Shown piece after piece: positions 45,773 to 56,159 of a DNA stretch of 64,000 nucleotides. The notes under the pieces were generated by a model. That model made no database searches. It saw nothing but the letters and a program-made list of their open reading frames with translations, and was not told the DNA's origin. The DNA is from Candidatus Multivoradales bacterium. GTDB lineage: Bacteria; Acidobacteriota; Thermoanaerobaculia; Multivoradales; J023. The stretch lies in assembly GCA_965248925.1 (NCBI GenBank), contig CBDFLE010000006.1:3744001-3808000 (forward strand), in the 5' to 3' direction. The position numbers and the translations under genes were made by a program. Every line of letters begins with the position of its first letter. Position 1 is the stretch's first letter.

Positions 45773-48001
45773 TCAGAGACTCTCCAGCTGTGCCAGGCGG
45801 GCGTTCGCACGCGCTTCGCCAGCATCCAGGATACGGTCGTAGAAGGCCAGAGCTCCGACCCGGCCATACCAGGTGCGGCCGCCGCTCCAAGCTTTGCCGA
45901 GCACCAGGGGTCGGGGTTGCCAATGGTAGAAGCCACCGCTAATAGCGGTGCTGTGGAGTACCTTGCGGCCGTCCAAATAAGCTTGCAAGCGGCCGCTGGA
46001 GTAGCTCACCAAGAGATGGATCGGGCGCCCGCGGGGCAGGGTGGCGAGTTCGATTTGCGGCTGGTTCGAGAGCTTACCGGTGGATGGGGTGCGCAGGCGC
46101 AGCCACAGACGATCCGCGCGTTGCACCAGGGTCAAGTTGCGTGATCTGGGGCTGCCGCTGAAGGACAGTAGGGTGCCTTCTGAGGAGTTGTCGAAAGAGC
46201 GTTCGTCGGCAGTGAAGAGCAACTCCACGGTGAGTTCATGGGTGCGCCGCGCACCCTTGTAGAGGCGCTCTATCGGTGCCGAATCGAAGTAGGCCCGGCC
46301 GCCGCTGAGGAGCAAGCCGCCGGACTCCGCGAGTCGGGCAGCGCCTTCGACGGCAAGTCCAGACTCACTTTCTGCGCCAGCCGCCGCGGGCCAGCGCAGC
46401 AGTAGACCGCGCGGGTCGCTGGGCCAGCTTGGGGCGGCGATGGGTAGCTCCTGTGGTGGTGCCAGGTTGGCTGGCTCGGCGAGGTCGCTGATACCCGCCA
46501 GACGCAGAGTGTCTGCGGTGGTGAGGTCGCCGCCCAGCAGCAACAGCAGCTCGCTCGCGGGATCGCCGAGCTGTCGCGCCAAGATGGGCTGGCCGGAAGC
46601 CAGCTCGGCCTGCAGCGGAGTGGCGCGGATCGGTTCGTCGAAGCGCACCAGCACACTACTACCAAGGGCTATCGCGGCAATGGCTTGGGGAGCTCGGGCG
46701 GGCAGCACGCGGACCACCCCCAGGCGCGAGAGCTGACCACGGCTGGCTTCGACGATGTAAGTGCCGGGGGTGCTCCAGCGGTAGCGGATCGACTGGCCGC
46801 GGGCAGTGGCACCATCGCCCAGCCGCCAGTTCCAATCAGTGTTCTCCGGACTGTCGTCGTCGATCTTGAATTCGACGGTGAGGGGTGCTTCGCCGCGATG
46901 GCGGCCAAGGTACAGGGGTTCGGCCCAGAGGTCGGGATAGCGATCGGTGCCGGGATCGATGGTCAGCCGCTGCGGGCGGCCGACGATAGTCAGGCTGTCG
47001 GGGTCGGTTTCGACGACGAAGAGGTCATAGTTGGAACGCTGGTGATCGTGCTGGTTCGGGGAGGCGGCGAAAGCTAGCCAGCGGCTATCGCGGGACAGCA
47101 TCGGGAAGTAGAGATAGCCCTGGCCGGCGGGCAGCAGAGGGTCGTTCTTGCGCAGCAAGGTAAAGCTGCGACGCTCGGCGAGTTCCATCGCTTGCAGCGG
47201 GCCGCCAGCGCCGGCGGCCCAGAAACCCCAGCGCCCATCGTGGGAGAAGTAGGGTTCGCAGCCCCCCAAGGAGTCCATGGCTTCGACCTGGCGCTGCTCC
47301 GGGTCATAGGGCGAGAAGGTCGGGTCGCCTTGGGTGGCCCAGCGCAAACTGGCGTCCACCAACCAGCCGTGACGGGGGAGCTCGTTATCGATCAAAGGTA
47401 GATTCTCGCCGCTCGACAAGCGAAAAAGACGGGTGCGGCCACGGCCATCGATGTAGATCAACTGGTCATCGTTGCGCCACACCGCGGCCCGGTGCTCGAA
47501 GTAAGTCCGCGCCCGACCGGGTAGGGTCTGCACGCTGCCGCCATCGATCCGGACCACGCGCAAAATGCCGCCGGCACCCTGCCGCGGATAGCGCTCGCGG
47601 CCGCGGGCTAGGCTGAGGTAAGCCACCTGTTGGCCATTGGGCGAGAGGTGCGGGCAGCAGTGGTGGCGCCCCGGCTCGTCGGCCGATAGCTGACGGGCGG
47701 GACTGCCATCGAAAGAGCGTAGCCAGATGCGCCAGTCGGTGGCGCGGTTGGACTCCCAGACCACCCATCCGTGCTCGACCATGGCGTCTACCGGTGCGGG
47801 TTCGAGACCCGCGGTGGGGGGAGTGGTCTCGCTGAGGGTGTCGCTGGAGAGGGTGGGGGGTAGCGTCGCCGATCGGGCGGGCGTTGGCGGCTGGCTGCCA
47901 CCGCAGCCGGTGAGCCAGCCGGCCAAGAATGTTAGGAGCGCTAGCCTTGCTGGCCAGGCCAACAGCCAGGCCGCTTGGCGAGCGCTCTCAGGGCGTTGCA
48001 T
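45773..48001 (-). CDS. Lipoprotein with TolB-like propeller, PKD and LamG-like domains
   Basis: Lipobox LTGC, PD40-like repeats (SPNGQQVAY, SRDSRWLAF), GEAPLTVEF/WRLGDG/PGTYIV, and YLDGR...WYGRVGALAFYDRIL. Confidence 0.78.
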   Translation of the reverse strand: MQRPESARQAAWLLAWPARLALLTFLAGWLTGCGGSQPPTPARSATLPPTLSSDTLSETTPPTAGLEPAPVDAMVEHGWVVWESNRATDWRIWLRSFDGSPARQLSADEPGRHHCCPHLSPNGQQVAYLSLARGRERYPRQGAGGILRVVRIDGGSVQTLPGRARTYFEHRAAVWRNDDQLIYIDGRGRTRLFRLSSGENLPLIDNELPRHGWLVDASLRWATQGDPTFSPYDPEQRQVEAMDSLGGCEPYFSHDGRWGFWAAGAGGPLQAMELAERRSFTLLRKNDPLLPAGQGYLYFPMLSRDSRWLAFAASPNQHDHQRSNYDLFVVETDPDSLTIVGRPQRLTIDPGTDRYPDLWAEPLYLGRHRGEAPLTVEFKIDDDSPENTDWNWRLGDGATARGQSIRYRWSTPGTYIVEASRGQLSRLGVVRVLPARAPQAIAAIALGSSVLVRFDEPIRATPLQAELASGQPILARQLGDPASELLLLLGGDLTTADTLRLAGISDLAEPANLAPPQELPIAAPSWPSDPRGLLLRWPAAAGAESESGLAVEGAARLAESGGLLLSGGRAYFDSAPIERLYKGARRTHELTVELLFTADERSFDNSSEGTLLSFSGSPRSRNLTLVQRADRLWLRLRTPSTGKLSNQPQIELATLPRGRPIHLLVSYSSGRLQAYLDGRKVLHSTAISGGFYHWQPRPLVLGKAWSGGRTWYGRVGALAFYDRILDAGEARANARLAQLESL

Positions 48002-49181
48002 GACGCTCGGCGAGGATCAAGCCGCCACCGGCGAGGTCACCGTTGTAGCCCACCCGGAAGCCTAGTGGGGCGTCCTCTGATCGCTCGGCGAAGGCGCGCG
48101 TCAGATCGTCCTGCTGATACTCGTGGAAGGCCGCCAGAGTGCCGGCATAGTGACCGAAAAGGCCGATCTGCCAAGTAGCGGGGTCGAAGGCCGCGAAAGG
48201 GACGCCACTGTCGTCCTGCAACACGGCAGCCGCTGTCTGCACCATCGCCCGGACAGAGGAGAAGCTGTCCAGATGGGGTAAGTATTGGGCCGATTTGAGC
48301 AGCGCGTTGTAGGGGCCCAGGTGGCCGATAAAGCGGCCGAAAGCCGGGTTCTCGGCGAGTCCATCGTCAGACAGGTCTTGGGAGAAGAAATAAAGCCGTC
48401 GTGGGATGTCATCAAGGATGAAGTCTAGCCGCATCGCGCTCGGGGCGGTTTGCGAGTCGGCTAGAGGATGCTCGATGCCCTCCTCGTCGAGGGTGATGTA
48501 GTGAGCCGCGGTGGGTGTAGCGCCAGCTCGGGCAAGCTGGATGTAAAACACCGAGATGATGCCACTCCAGCGGCCGGGTAGGTCCTGGCGCATGCGTTTG
48601 CGAACGAAATAGCCGGCTTCGACCAAGTTGTCGAGCACCTGGCGCAGCCGGCCGAGTTCTTCAGTCAGCTCGGCGGCTCGCAAGTCGGCCAGGCGCGGCA
48701 GCTCGCCGGGTTCTTCCAGCCCTACCAAGATGTAGGTCGAGGCGGCGGGGAAGAAGTGCAGAGCGTGCATCAGGTCGGGGCCACCGAAAGGGTAGAAGAG
48801 GGGGGCGGCCGGCACGGTCAGAGCGGCCAGATGTTGGCTGGTGAAACGGTCGATCGGCTGCAGGTATTCCTCGGTCAAGCGCTGCCAAGCCGAGTCCATG
48901 CTGCTGGCGTGGGGCCGCCATGGTTCGAGCAGTTCGGCGGGTACTTGCTCCGGGTCAGTCGCTTGCAGGCCAGCGAGAAAGCGAGCGCTGGCCTGAAGCG
49001 CCCGCGGGCCGCCATCGTCACGATGGCTCACTTGACGTTGTTGTGGGCTGTCTGACCCCGGTCGCCAAGCAGAGGATTCGCTGTTGTTGGTGGGTTGCTG
49101 CTCGCCACAAGCGGCGAGCAGCAACGCCAGGCCGCTCAGGCAAGTCCAGCCTAGAATTCTACGGCGGTAGTGGGCGGTCAT
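47988..49181 (-). CDS. Conserved hypothetical lipoprotein
   Basis: Lipobox LAAC, and motifs LFYPFGGPD, YILVGLE, LLKSAQYL and VLQDDSGVPF. Confidence 0.75.
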   Translation of the reverse strand: MTAHYRRRILGWTCLSGLALLLAACGEQQPTNNSESSAWRPGSDSPQQRQVSHRDDGGPRALQASARFLAGLQATDPEQVPAELLEPWRPHASSMDSAWQRLTEEYLQPIDRFTSQHLAALTVPAAPLFYPFGGPDLMHALHFFPAASTYILVGLEEPGELPRLADLRAAELTEELGRLRQVLDNLVEAGYFVRKRMRQDLPGRWSGIISVFYIQLARAGATPTAAHYITLDEEGIEHPLADSQTAPSAMRLDFILDDIPRRLYFFSQDLSDDGLAENPAFGRFIGHLGPYNALLKSAQYLPHLDSFSSVRAMVQTAAAVLQDDSGVPFAAFDPATWQIGLFGHYAGTLAAFHEYQQDDLTRAFAERSEDAPLGFRVGYNGDLAGGGLILAERHATP

Positions 49182-49182
49182 G

Positions 49183-50508
49183 TCAATCGTTCTCCCGACA
49201 GTTCGAGCGCTGCTTCGATAGCAGGTAAAGCGGAATACCCAGCAACACCGTGGCGAGCCCAGCGAGGCTTTCCCAGGGTTGCGCGCGGGCGGTGTAGACG
49301 ATGGTCATCAAGCTGATAGCGGCGAAAAGCAGCGGTGTCACGGGATAACCCCAGGTGCGGTAGGGGCGGGGTAGGTCGGGCTCGTGGTGACGCAGCCAGA
49401 ATACCGCCACCACGGTGAGCAGGGACGAAGTGGTCAGGGCGATCTGAGTGTAGATCAGCACTTTGTCGAAAGTTGCGGTGAGGATCAAGACCACGGTGAT
49501 CATGGTCTGCAGCAGGATTGCCCAGATGGGGATGCCGGCGCGGTTCTTTTGGGCCAAGCGGCGAAAAAGGGTGAAGTCCTCACCCATCGCCATGGTCACT
49601 CGCGGCCCCACCCAGATCATTGAGCTAATCGACGACACCAGCGCAATGCACAGCAGGCCGCTCATTAGCCGGCCGCCGAGTTCGCCGAAAATCCGGATGG
49701 CAACGGTATGTCCCACCGAGACCTTGTCGCTCTGCGTTTGCAGTTCGGTGATGGGTGTGGAGTGTAGGAAAGCCCAATTGAGGGCCAGGTAGAGCAGTAG
49801 CACCAGGGTAGTGCCGAGGATCAGCGAGCGGGGCACATTGCGTGCTGGATCTCGCACTTCACCAATGATGTAGGTCGAGGCGTTCCAGCCGGCGTAGGCA
49901 TACATCACAAACAATAGGGACACCGCAAACGGGGCGCCGCCAATCTCGCGCCAGGCCGCAGCGGAGGGCGCGAAGTCAATGCCGGTGGGGGTGCCCATAC
50001 GCCAAGCGGCGGCGGCGAAGGCGAGCACCAACAACACCTTGAACAGGGTGAAGAAGTTCTGAAACATGCTACCCAGGCGCAGGTTGCGCAGGTGGGCCAG
50101 GGTCACCAAGACGATCAGCACGATCGACGCCCACTGCGGCGATGCCGCCGGCAGCAGGCGGTTGAAGAAGCTACCGAAAGCCATCGCCGCCAAGGCGATC
50201 GGCGCCGCGAAGCCCACCGTCAGTGAGATCCAACCGGCGAGGAAACCGAGCAGGGGATGAAAGACTCTGCTCAGGAAGTGGTATTCGCCGCCCGAGCGGG
50301 GCAGAGCCGCCGCCAACTCGGCATAGCTCAGCGCGCCGCAGAGAGCGAAGACACCGCCCACCAGCCACAGCGAGAGCAGGGCAAAGCCGGTCTCGATATC
50401 GAGCACTTGAAAGCCTAGGCTGGTGAAGACGCCGGTACCGACCATGTTGGCGACCACGATCGAAGTAGCTGTGGGCAGGGCGATCTTGTGGCGTGGGTCG
50501 GCGGTCAT
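49183..50508 (-). CDS. APC family amino acid permease
   Basis: NMVGTGVF, YAELAAALPRSGGEY, YAYAGWN, GEVRDPARNVP and RPYRTWGYP. Confidence 0.93.
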   Translation of the reverse strand: MTADPRHKIALPTATSIVVANMVGTGVFTSLGFQVLDIETGFALLSLWLVGGVFALCGALSYAELAAALPRSGGEYHFLSRVFHPLLGFLAGWISLTVGFAAPIALAAMAFGSFFNRLLPAASPQWASIVLIVLVTLAHLRNLRLGSMFQNFFTLFKVLLVLAFAAAAWRMGTPTGIDFAPSAAAWREIGGAPFAVSLLFVMYAYAGWNASTYIIGEVRDPARNVPRSLILGTTLVLLLYLALNWAFLHSTPITELQTQSDKVSVGHTVAIRIFGELGGRLMSGLLCIALVSSISSMIWVGPRVTMAMGEDFTLFRRLAQKNRAGIPIWAILLQTMITVVLILTATFDKVLIYTQIALTTSSLLTVVAVFWLRHHEPDLPRPYRTWGYPVTPLLFAAISLMTIVYTARAQPWESLAGLATVLLGIPLYLLSKQRSNCREND

Positions 50509-50677
50509 GGGAGGAGAGTATCGCGTTCGGTCTCCACTGGTCTCGCGGTGGTCTCGCCGGTGGGTCGGCGGAGCTTCGAGGGTCGGGTGAGGGTAAGAAT
50601 TACGCGGTGATGGGCGTTATGTGGGTAAAGGAATTCGAAACGTTGCCCATTTGATGGCTAGAGGAGCCCCGCCGCCG

Positions 50678-51592
50678 ATGCTCGAGATCACAGATTTGGT
50701 AAAGGTGTATCCCGGACCCGTTGCCGCTCTTCAGGGTATTCACTTGCAGATCCCCCAGGGCCTTTTTGGTCTGCTCGGGCCCAACGGCTCGGGCAAGACG
50801 ACGTTGATGAGGATTTTAGCCGGTGTCTTGGAGCCGACCTCCGGGCGCATTGTTTGGGATGGCGAGGATGTGACTCAGCGGCCCGAGCGCATTTGGCCGC
50901 GGCTCGGCAATTTGCCGCAGTATTTTGGCTTCTACCCCAATCTGACCGGTGAACGGATGCTGCTCCATCTACTGCGCCTCAAGGGAGTGCACGCGCCGGG
51001 GGGGTTGGGCAAGCTCTGCGCTGAGTTGCTCGCGCGGGTCAACTTGAGCGCCGCCGCCAAACGCAAAGTGAAGGGTTACTCCGGCGGCATGCGGCAGCGA
51101 CTGGGCATTGCCCAGGCGATCGCCGGCGACCCGGACCTGATCATCGTCGACGAGCCCACCGCTGGACTCGACCCGGAAGAGCGGATCCGCTTTTACCGAC
51201 TGCTCGCTGAGTTGGCCGAGGAGCGCATCGTGCTGTTGTCGACTCACATTGTCGAAGATGTGGCGGTGCTCTGTCCGCGCTTCGCCGTCATCCGCCAGGG
51301 CCGGCTTTTGACTACCACCACTCCAGCCGCGGCGAGAGCGGGGATCGAGGGCCAGATCTACGAGGGCGAGGTCAGCCATGCAGAACTTGCTGAGCTGTCA
51401 AGGAGCCAGCTGGTGACCCAAGCTTACCTGGTCGAAGGGCGCAACATCATCCACCTGCATGTGCCCGAGGGGCCGCCCCCAGCCGGTTTCAAGGCCAAGG
51501 AACCTAGTCTTGAGGATGCCTATCTGGTGTTGATGCGGACCGCGGCTACCGATGCCAATCTTCAGCCTCTGCCGGCTGGAGTTCGGGCGTGA
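50678..51592 (+). CDS. ABC transporter ATP-binding protein
   Basis: GPNGSGKTT, YSGGMRQR, IIVDEPTAGLD and STH. GAGGAG RBS. Confidence 0.95.
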   Translation: MLEITDLVKVYPGPVAALQGIHLQIPQGLFGLLGPNGSGKTTLMRILAGVLEPTSGRIVWDGEDVTQRPERIWPRLGNLPQYFGFYPNLTGERMLLHLLRLKGVHAPGGLGKLCAELLARVNLSAAAKRKVKGYSGGMRQRLGIAQAIAGDPDLIIVDEPTAGLDPEERIRFYRLLAELAEERIVLLSTHIVEDVAVLCPRFAVIRQGRLLTTTTPAAARAGIEGQIYEGEVSHAELAELSRSQLVTQAYLVEGRNIIHLHVPEGPPPAGFKAKEPSLEDAYLVLMRTAATDANLQPLPAGVRA

Positions 51593-54500
51593 GCAGCGGC
51601 CGGACCCTGGCCGTTGCCGGCCTTGAATTCAGGACCCTGGCCAAGGGGCCGCTCTTTTGGTGCTTGGTGTTGGCGACCACGCTGGCGACTTTGGCGATCA
51701 ACCCGGCGGGGATGATTCCCAATGGTGATCCGGGTGGCTTGCAGCCGTTCATGAATTCTAGATACGCGGTGGCGCAGCTGTTCTGCTTGACCGGCTTCCT
51801 GGTCTACAGCTTTTTTGCCGCGATCATGGCTGGGATGTCGATTATCCGCGATGACGAGGCGGAGATCTCGGAGCTTCTGCACAGCACGCCGCTTGCCGCC
51901 CGCGAGTACATCCTCGGCAAGTTCGCTGGGGTGATGGCGGCGCTGGCCGGTGTCTTGGTCTTGCACGTATTGGTGGCGATGGTGTGCTTGGAACTGCGTC
52001 CGGTGACCGACGCGGCGACCCAGCGGGGCCCCTTTCGCTTGGCCAGCTATTTTCTGCCGGTGCTGGCTTTCGCCGGGCCGGCGATTTGGGCGTCGGCGGG
52101 TATCGCTTTCGCAGTGGGCGAGAGGACGCGCAAGCCGCTGTTGGTGTACGCCGTGCCCACCGCCTTATTCGCGGCCACGGTCTTCATCTTCTTACCCAGC
52201 CGTGGCGCGGACCTCGACCCATGGCTCGACAACTTACTGTTGATTCTCGACCCCTCGGGTTTGGGGTGGTTGATCGAGAGCTTTTTTCTTGTCGACCGAG
52301 GTGCGGAGTTCTACAACACCGCACCGTTGGCCTTTGATTGGATCTACTTCACCCGTCTCGGGTTGGCGCTGGTGCTTCCTATGCTGGCGGTGCTTGGGTC
52401 GATCGGCCACTGTGGAAGAGTCGCTCGGGGCAAGGCGGGCGGTTTCGACTTCTCGAGGTGGCGTCGGCCAGCTGTTAGGCAAGGGGTTCGTCCAGCATCT
52501 CTGGCGACCGAGAGTTCGAGCTTTCGACCGTTGCGCGATCTCCAGATGACGACTTCGAAACCCGGTTTCCTGGCCAGCACCTGGCATATTTTGCGGGCCG
52601 AGCTGGCGGAGCTGCGCGGCCAGCCCAGCATCTATGTCTTCATAACGCTGGTCTTACTAATGATTCCAGAGGGAGGGCTGAATCGTCACGGGGTCTACGG
52701 CGCGTCGCTGCTGCTGACCGCCGGCACCATGGCGAGGGCGACGCTGAGCCTGATCGGCCTGCTGGTTTGTTTGCTGCTGCTGTTCTTCACCGTCGAGTCC
52801 TTGCAGCGAGAGAAGATCACCGGTTTTGGCTCGATCTTCTATGCCTTGCCCTTCCGGACAAGTGCCTTGCTGTTGGCGAAAGGGCTGGCCGGAGCGGTGA
52901 TCGTCAGCGTCACCTTGGCGGGGAGTGTTGCGCTCTGTCTTGCTTTGCTGGCGTTGCAAGAGGGCACTCGCTTCGAAGTTTGGCCTTTCGTGGTGGTGTG
53001 GTGCGGGGTGTTGCCGGCGACTTTCTTTGTCTGGACCTCCTTCATCGTCGCGGTCTACGCCGGGTTGCGTCAGCGCTACCTGACCTATGCCGTGGGATTG
53101 GCGGCGTTGGCGGTGACCTTTGGTTACTTTCAGCGTGGCAAGTTGACTTGGGTGACCAATTGGCCGCTTTGGGGTACGTTGCGCTGGAGCGACATGGGCA
53201 CTTTCGATTTGAATGGCCGGGCCTTGTTGCTCAATCGCAGCCTGGCGCTGGTGGTGGGGGTTTTCTGTGTCGCTGTCGCCATCCAGTTTTTTGCCCGAAC
53301 AGAACCCGACGCCACTGCCGCGGCTTGGCGCCGACGGCCAGGAAAAGTGTTGCATCGGGCATTGCGGCTGGCGCCTTTTGCGCTGCTTCCGCTACTCCTT
53401 GGCGGCTATCTCAACCAGCAGATCGGGGTGGGGTTTCAGGGCGCTGTCGCGCAGCAGACGGCCAAGAACTATTGGCGACGCAACTTGGCGACGTGGTTTG
53501 ACTTTGAGACGGCAAAGATCACACATGTCGATCTGGCAGTCGAGTTGTGGCCCGCCCGCCGCGGCGCCACCATCGCCGGCACCTTCACTATGGTCAACCA
53601 GTCCGAGCAGCCGATGCGCTGGTTTCCCTTCACCGTCGCGCCGTCGTTTGGCGAGGTCAGCTGGACTCTCGATGGGCGTTCAGCGGCGGCTGAGAATCGC
53701 TCCGGCCTGGCGTTGCTCGAACGCCCTACGTCCCTGGCACCTGGTGGTCAGGTGGTGGTCGGCTTCGCCTACGATGCCGTCTATCCTCAGGGAATGACTC
53801 GCAATGGTCGGGGTGTGGAGCAGTTCGTCCTGCCGGCAGGGGTGGTGCTGCACACTTTGAGAGACTCCTTCTTGCCCACCCCTGGTTTTGTCGAGAGCAT
53901 CGGCGTTGGCGAGGACAATCGCTATGCGCCGCGGGCGCTCCCCGCCGACTTGCGGCAGCGAGAAGAGGCGCAGCCGGCGAGTGGCGATGGGGTGCCATTC
54001 ACCACCCGGATCGAGGTCACTGCACCCAGTGTTTACACGGTTAATTCGGTCGGCAACAAGACCGCGGAGTACACCGATCACGGTCGTACCACGGTGGTTT
54101 GGGAGAGCGACTATCCGATCGGTGCGGTCAATATCTTGGCGGGGCGTTGGCAGAGCCGGCAGCAGGGCGGTGCGGCGGTGTATTTTCATCCCGATCACCA
54201 GGGCAACATCGATCAGATTCTCGGCACTCTAGCCGCCGCGCGGCGGTACTACTCAGAGTGGTTCTTTCCTTATCCCTGGCAGCAGCTGCGGCTGAGTGAA
54301 TTCCCCAATCTGGTGACCAACGCGCAAGGTTTTCCGACCAATATCTCCTTTTCAGAGGGCATTGGATTTCTCGAGCGGCCGCAACTTGAGGGAGCACCGT
54401 TCTCGATGGTGGCCGCCCACGAAGCGGCCCATCAGTGGTGGGGCAATCTGGTCGCTGCGGCCGAGGGTCCTGGCACCGCTCATTTGGTCGAGGGAATGGC

Positions 54501-55185
54501 TCATTTCTCAGCCCTCCTGCTGCAAGAGGCCCAGAACGGGCTGCGTGGCCGGCTCGAGCTGAGTCGCAAGATGGAGGCCAGCTACGGCCGCAAGCGGCGG
54601 CTCGATGGCGAGCGGCCGGTGGCCGAGATGGTCGACGATCGAGAGACGTCGGATTGGACGGTGGTCTATGAGAAGGGCGCTTGGGTGATGTGGATGCTGC
54701 ACAATCATCTGGGACCGGCCAAGTCCTTGGCTGGGTTGAGTGAATTTGTACGGCAATTTCATCATCATCCCAAGCCACCGGTGACCGCGGATCTGCTGAC
54801 AGTACTGCGGTCTCAAGCAGTGGATCCCGAGGCGTTCGACGCCTTTGTCGAGCAGTGGTTTTATGATGTGGTGCTACCGATTTATCGCTGGCGAGAGGTC
54901 TCGGTAAGGCGGGTCGGCGAACGCTTCGAAATCAAAGCGACAATCGAGAACATTGGCACCGGCACCGCCACGGTGGAGGTGTCGGCGGTCCGCGGCCAAC
55001 GCTTCGCTGATCGGGCGCCGGGCGGTGATTCGCCCTACCAGGACCAGCGAACCTCGGTGTTGCTCGGGGGAGGCCAATCGCGGCAGGTTTCCTGGACGGT
55101 CGACTTCGACCCGGAGCGCCTGGTCATCGATCCCGACCTGTTGATCTTGCAGCTCGATCGTGATTTGGCGGTGGCTGAACTCTAG
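51589..55185 (+). CDS. ABC-2-type permease fused to M1 (gluzincin) aminopeptidase domain
   Basis: Two TM blocks, then AQGFP, HEAAHQWWG...EGMA (HExxH plus downstream E) and VYEKGAWV. Confidence 0.88.
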   Translation: MSSGRTLAVAGLEFRTLAKGPLFWCLVLATTLATLAINPAGMIPNGDPGGLQPFMNSRYAVAQLFCLTGFLVYSFFAAIMAGMSIIRDDEAEISELLHSTPLAAREYILGKFAGVMAALAGVLVLHVLVAMVCLELRPVTDAATQRGPFRLASYFLPVLAFAGPAIWASAGIAFAVGERTRKPLLVYAVPTALFAATVFIFLPSRGADLDPWLDNLLLILDPSGLGWLIESFFLVDRGAEFYNTAPLAFDWIYFTRLGLALVLPMLAVLGSIGHCGRVARGKAGGFDFSRWRRPAVRQGVRPASLATESSSFRPLRDLQMTTSKPGFLASTWHILRAELAELRGQPSIYVFITLVLLMIPEGGLNRHGVYGASLLLTAGTMARATLSLIGLLVCLLLLFFTVESLQREKITGFGSIFYALPFRTSALLLAKGLAGAVIVSVTLAGSVALCLALLALQEGTRFEVWPFVVVWCGVLPATFFVWTSFIVAVYAGLRQRYLTYAVGLAALAVTFGYFQRGKLTWVTNWPLWGTLRWSDMGTFDLNGRALLLNRSLALVVGVFCVAVAIQFFARTEPDATAAAWRRRPGKVLHRALRLAPFALLPLLLGGYLNQQIGVGFQGAVAQQTAKNYWRRNLATWFDFETAKITHVDLAVELWPARRGATIAGTFTMVNQSEQPMRWFPFTVAPSFGEVSWTLDGRSAAAENRSGLALLERPTSLAPGGQVVVGFAYDAVYPQGMTRNGRGVEQFVLPAGVVLHTLRDSFLPTPGFVESIGVGEDNRYAPRALPADLRQREEAQPASGDGVPFTTRIEVTAPSVYTVNSVGNKTAEYTDHGRTTVVWESDYPIGAVNILAGRWQSRQQGGAAVYFHPDHQGNIDQILGTLAAARRYYSEWFFPYPWQQLRLSEFPNLVTNAQGFPTNISFSEGIGFLERPQLEGAPFSMVAAHEAAHQWWGNLVAAAEGPGTAHLVEGMAHFSALLLQEAQNGLRGRLELSRKMEASYGRKRRLDGERPVAEMVDDRETSDWTVVYEKGAWVMWMLHNHLGPAKSLAGLSEFVRQFHHHPKPPVTADLLTVLRSQAVDPEAFDAFVEQWFYDVVLPIYRWREVSVRRVGERFEIKATIENIGTGTATVEVSAVRGQRFADRAPGGDSPYQDQRTSVLLGGGQSRQVSWTVDFDPERLVIDPDLLILQLDRDLAVAEL

Positions 55186-55249
55186 CTGGCTGTGGGCAGC
55201 TGGGCGACGTGCTAGCCTGCCGGGCAGAGTCCACCGCCCCTAGCCGCCG

Positions 55250-56128
55250 ATGAAGAACGCCCCTATTCGCCACCGTCTAGAGCAGGTCGCCTACCTGGCG
55301 GCCAAGGGTTGGTTGCGTGCCCATTCGCATGCTGGCGTGCGGCGTTTCGGCCATCGCTTCGGACGCTTGGCGCACCGCTTGCTGAGCAGCCAGCGGCGTT
55401 TGGCTCTGGCCAATCTGGAGCTGGTCTTGCCGCGGCTCGGCAGGGCTGAGCACGAGCGCATTGTCAAGGCTTGCTTCGAGCACTTCGGCGCCTACTTCTG
55501 CGAGTTCCTCTCCGCGGGGCGTTTCGATCGTCAAGCCAGCGATGCCCTTTTCGAGGTCGCGGGCTGGCAGCACGTCGAGGCCGCCGAAGCGGCTGGCGAC
55601 GGTTACTTTTTGATGACCGGCCACTACGGTGCTTTTGAACTCGGTGCCCATCCCTTCACTTTGCGCGCCGGCCCGGTCCACATGGTCGCCCGTCCGGCCG
55701 ACAATCCACACATCGAGGCCGACCTGGCTCGCCTGCGCTGCCGCTTCGGCAATCAGGTCATCCACAAACGGGGTGCTGCCCGGCGCATGTGGAGCGCGGT
55801 GCGCAAGGGCGCGCGGGTGGGCATTGTCATCGACCAGCGGGTGCCGTCGGATATTGGCATTCAGGTGCCTTTCCTAGGACAACCAGCCTGGAACAGCCCG
55901 GTGCTGGCGGCATTGTCGATCCGTACTGGCGCGCCGGTGCTACCGATCTTCACCGAACCCATCGAGGCCGATCGCTACCGCCTCACCGTCGGCGAGCCGA
56001 TCCTGCCAGAGGGCAAGGGTGAGGAAGCCGAACGCGCCCTTACCGAGCGCTACCTGGTAGAGATTGAAGGCTGGATCCGCCGCCGGCCCGAACTCTGGCT
56101 GTGGATGCATCGCAAGTGGCAGTTGTGA
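55250..56128 (+). CDS. Lipid A late acyltransferase (LpxL/HtrB family)
   Basis: Motifs GHYGAFE, IDQ, VPFLG and PELWLWMHRKW. Confidence 0.88.
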   Translation: MKNAPIRHRLEQVAYLAAKGWLRAHSHAGVRRFGHRFGRLAHRLLSSQRRLALANLELVLPRLGRAEHERIVKACFEHFGAYFCEFLSAGRFDRQASDALFEVAGWQHVEAAEAAGDGYFLMTGHYGAFELGAHPFTLRAGPVHMVARPADNPHIEADLARLRCRFGNQVIHKRGAARRMWSAVRKGARVGIVIDQRVPSDIGIQVPFLGQPAWNSPVLAALSIRTGAPVLPIFTEPIEADRYRLTVGEPILPEGKGEEAERALTERYLVEIEGWIRRRPELWLWMHRKWQL

Positions 56129-56159
56129 GGATGGCAACGGCTAAGGCTGCCGAGTCTCT

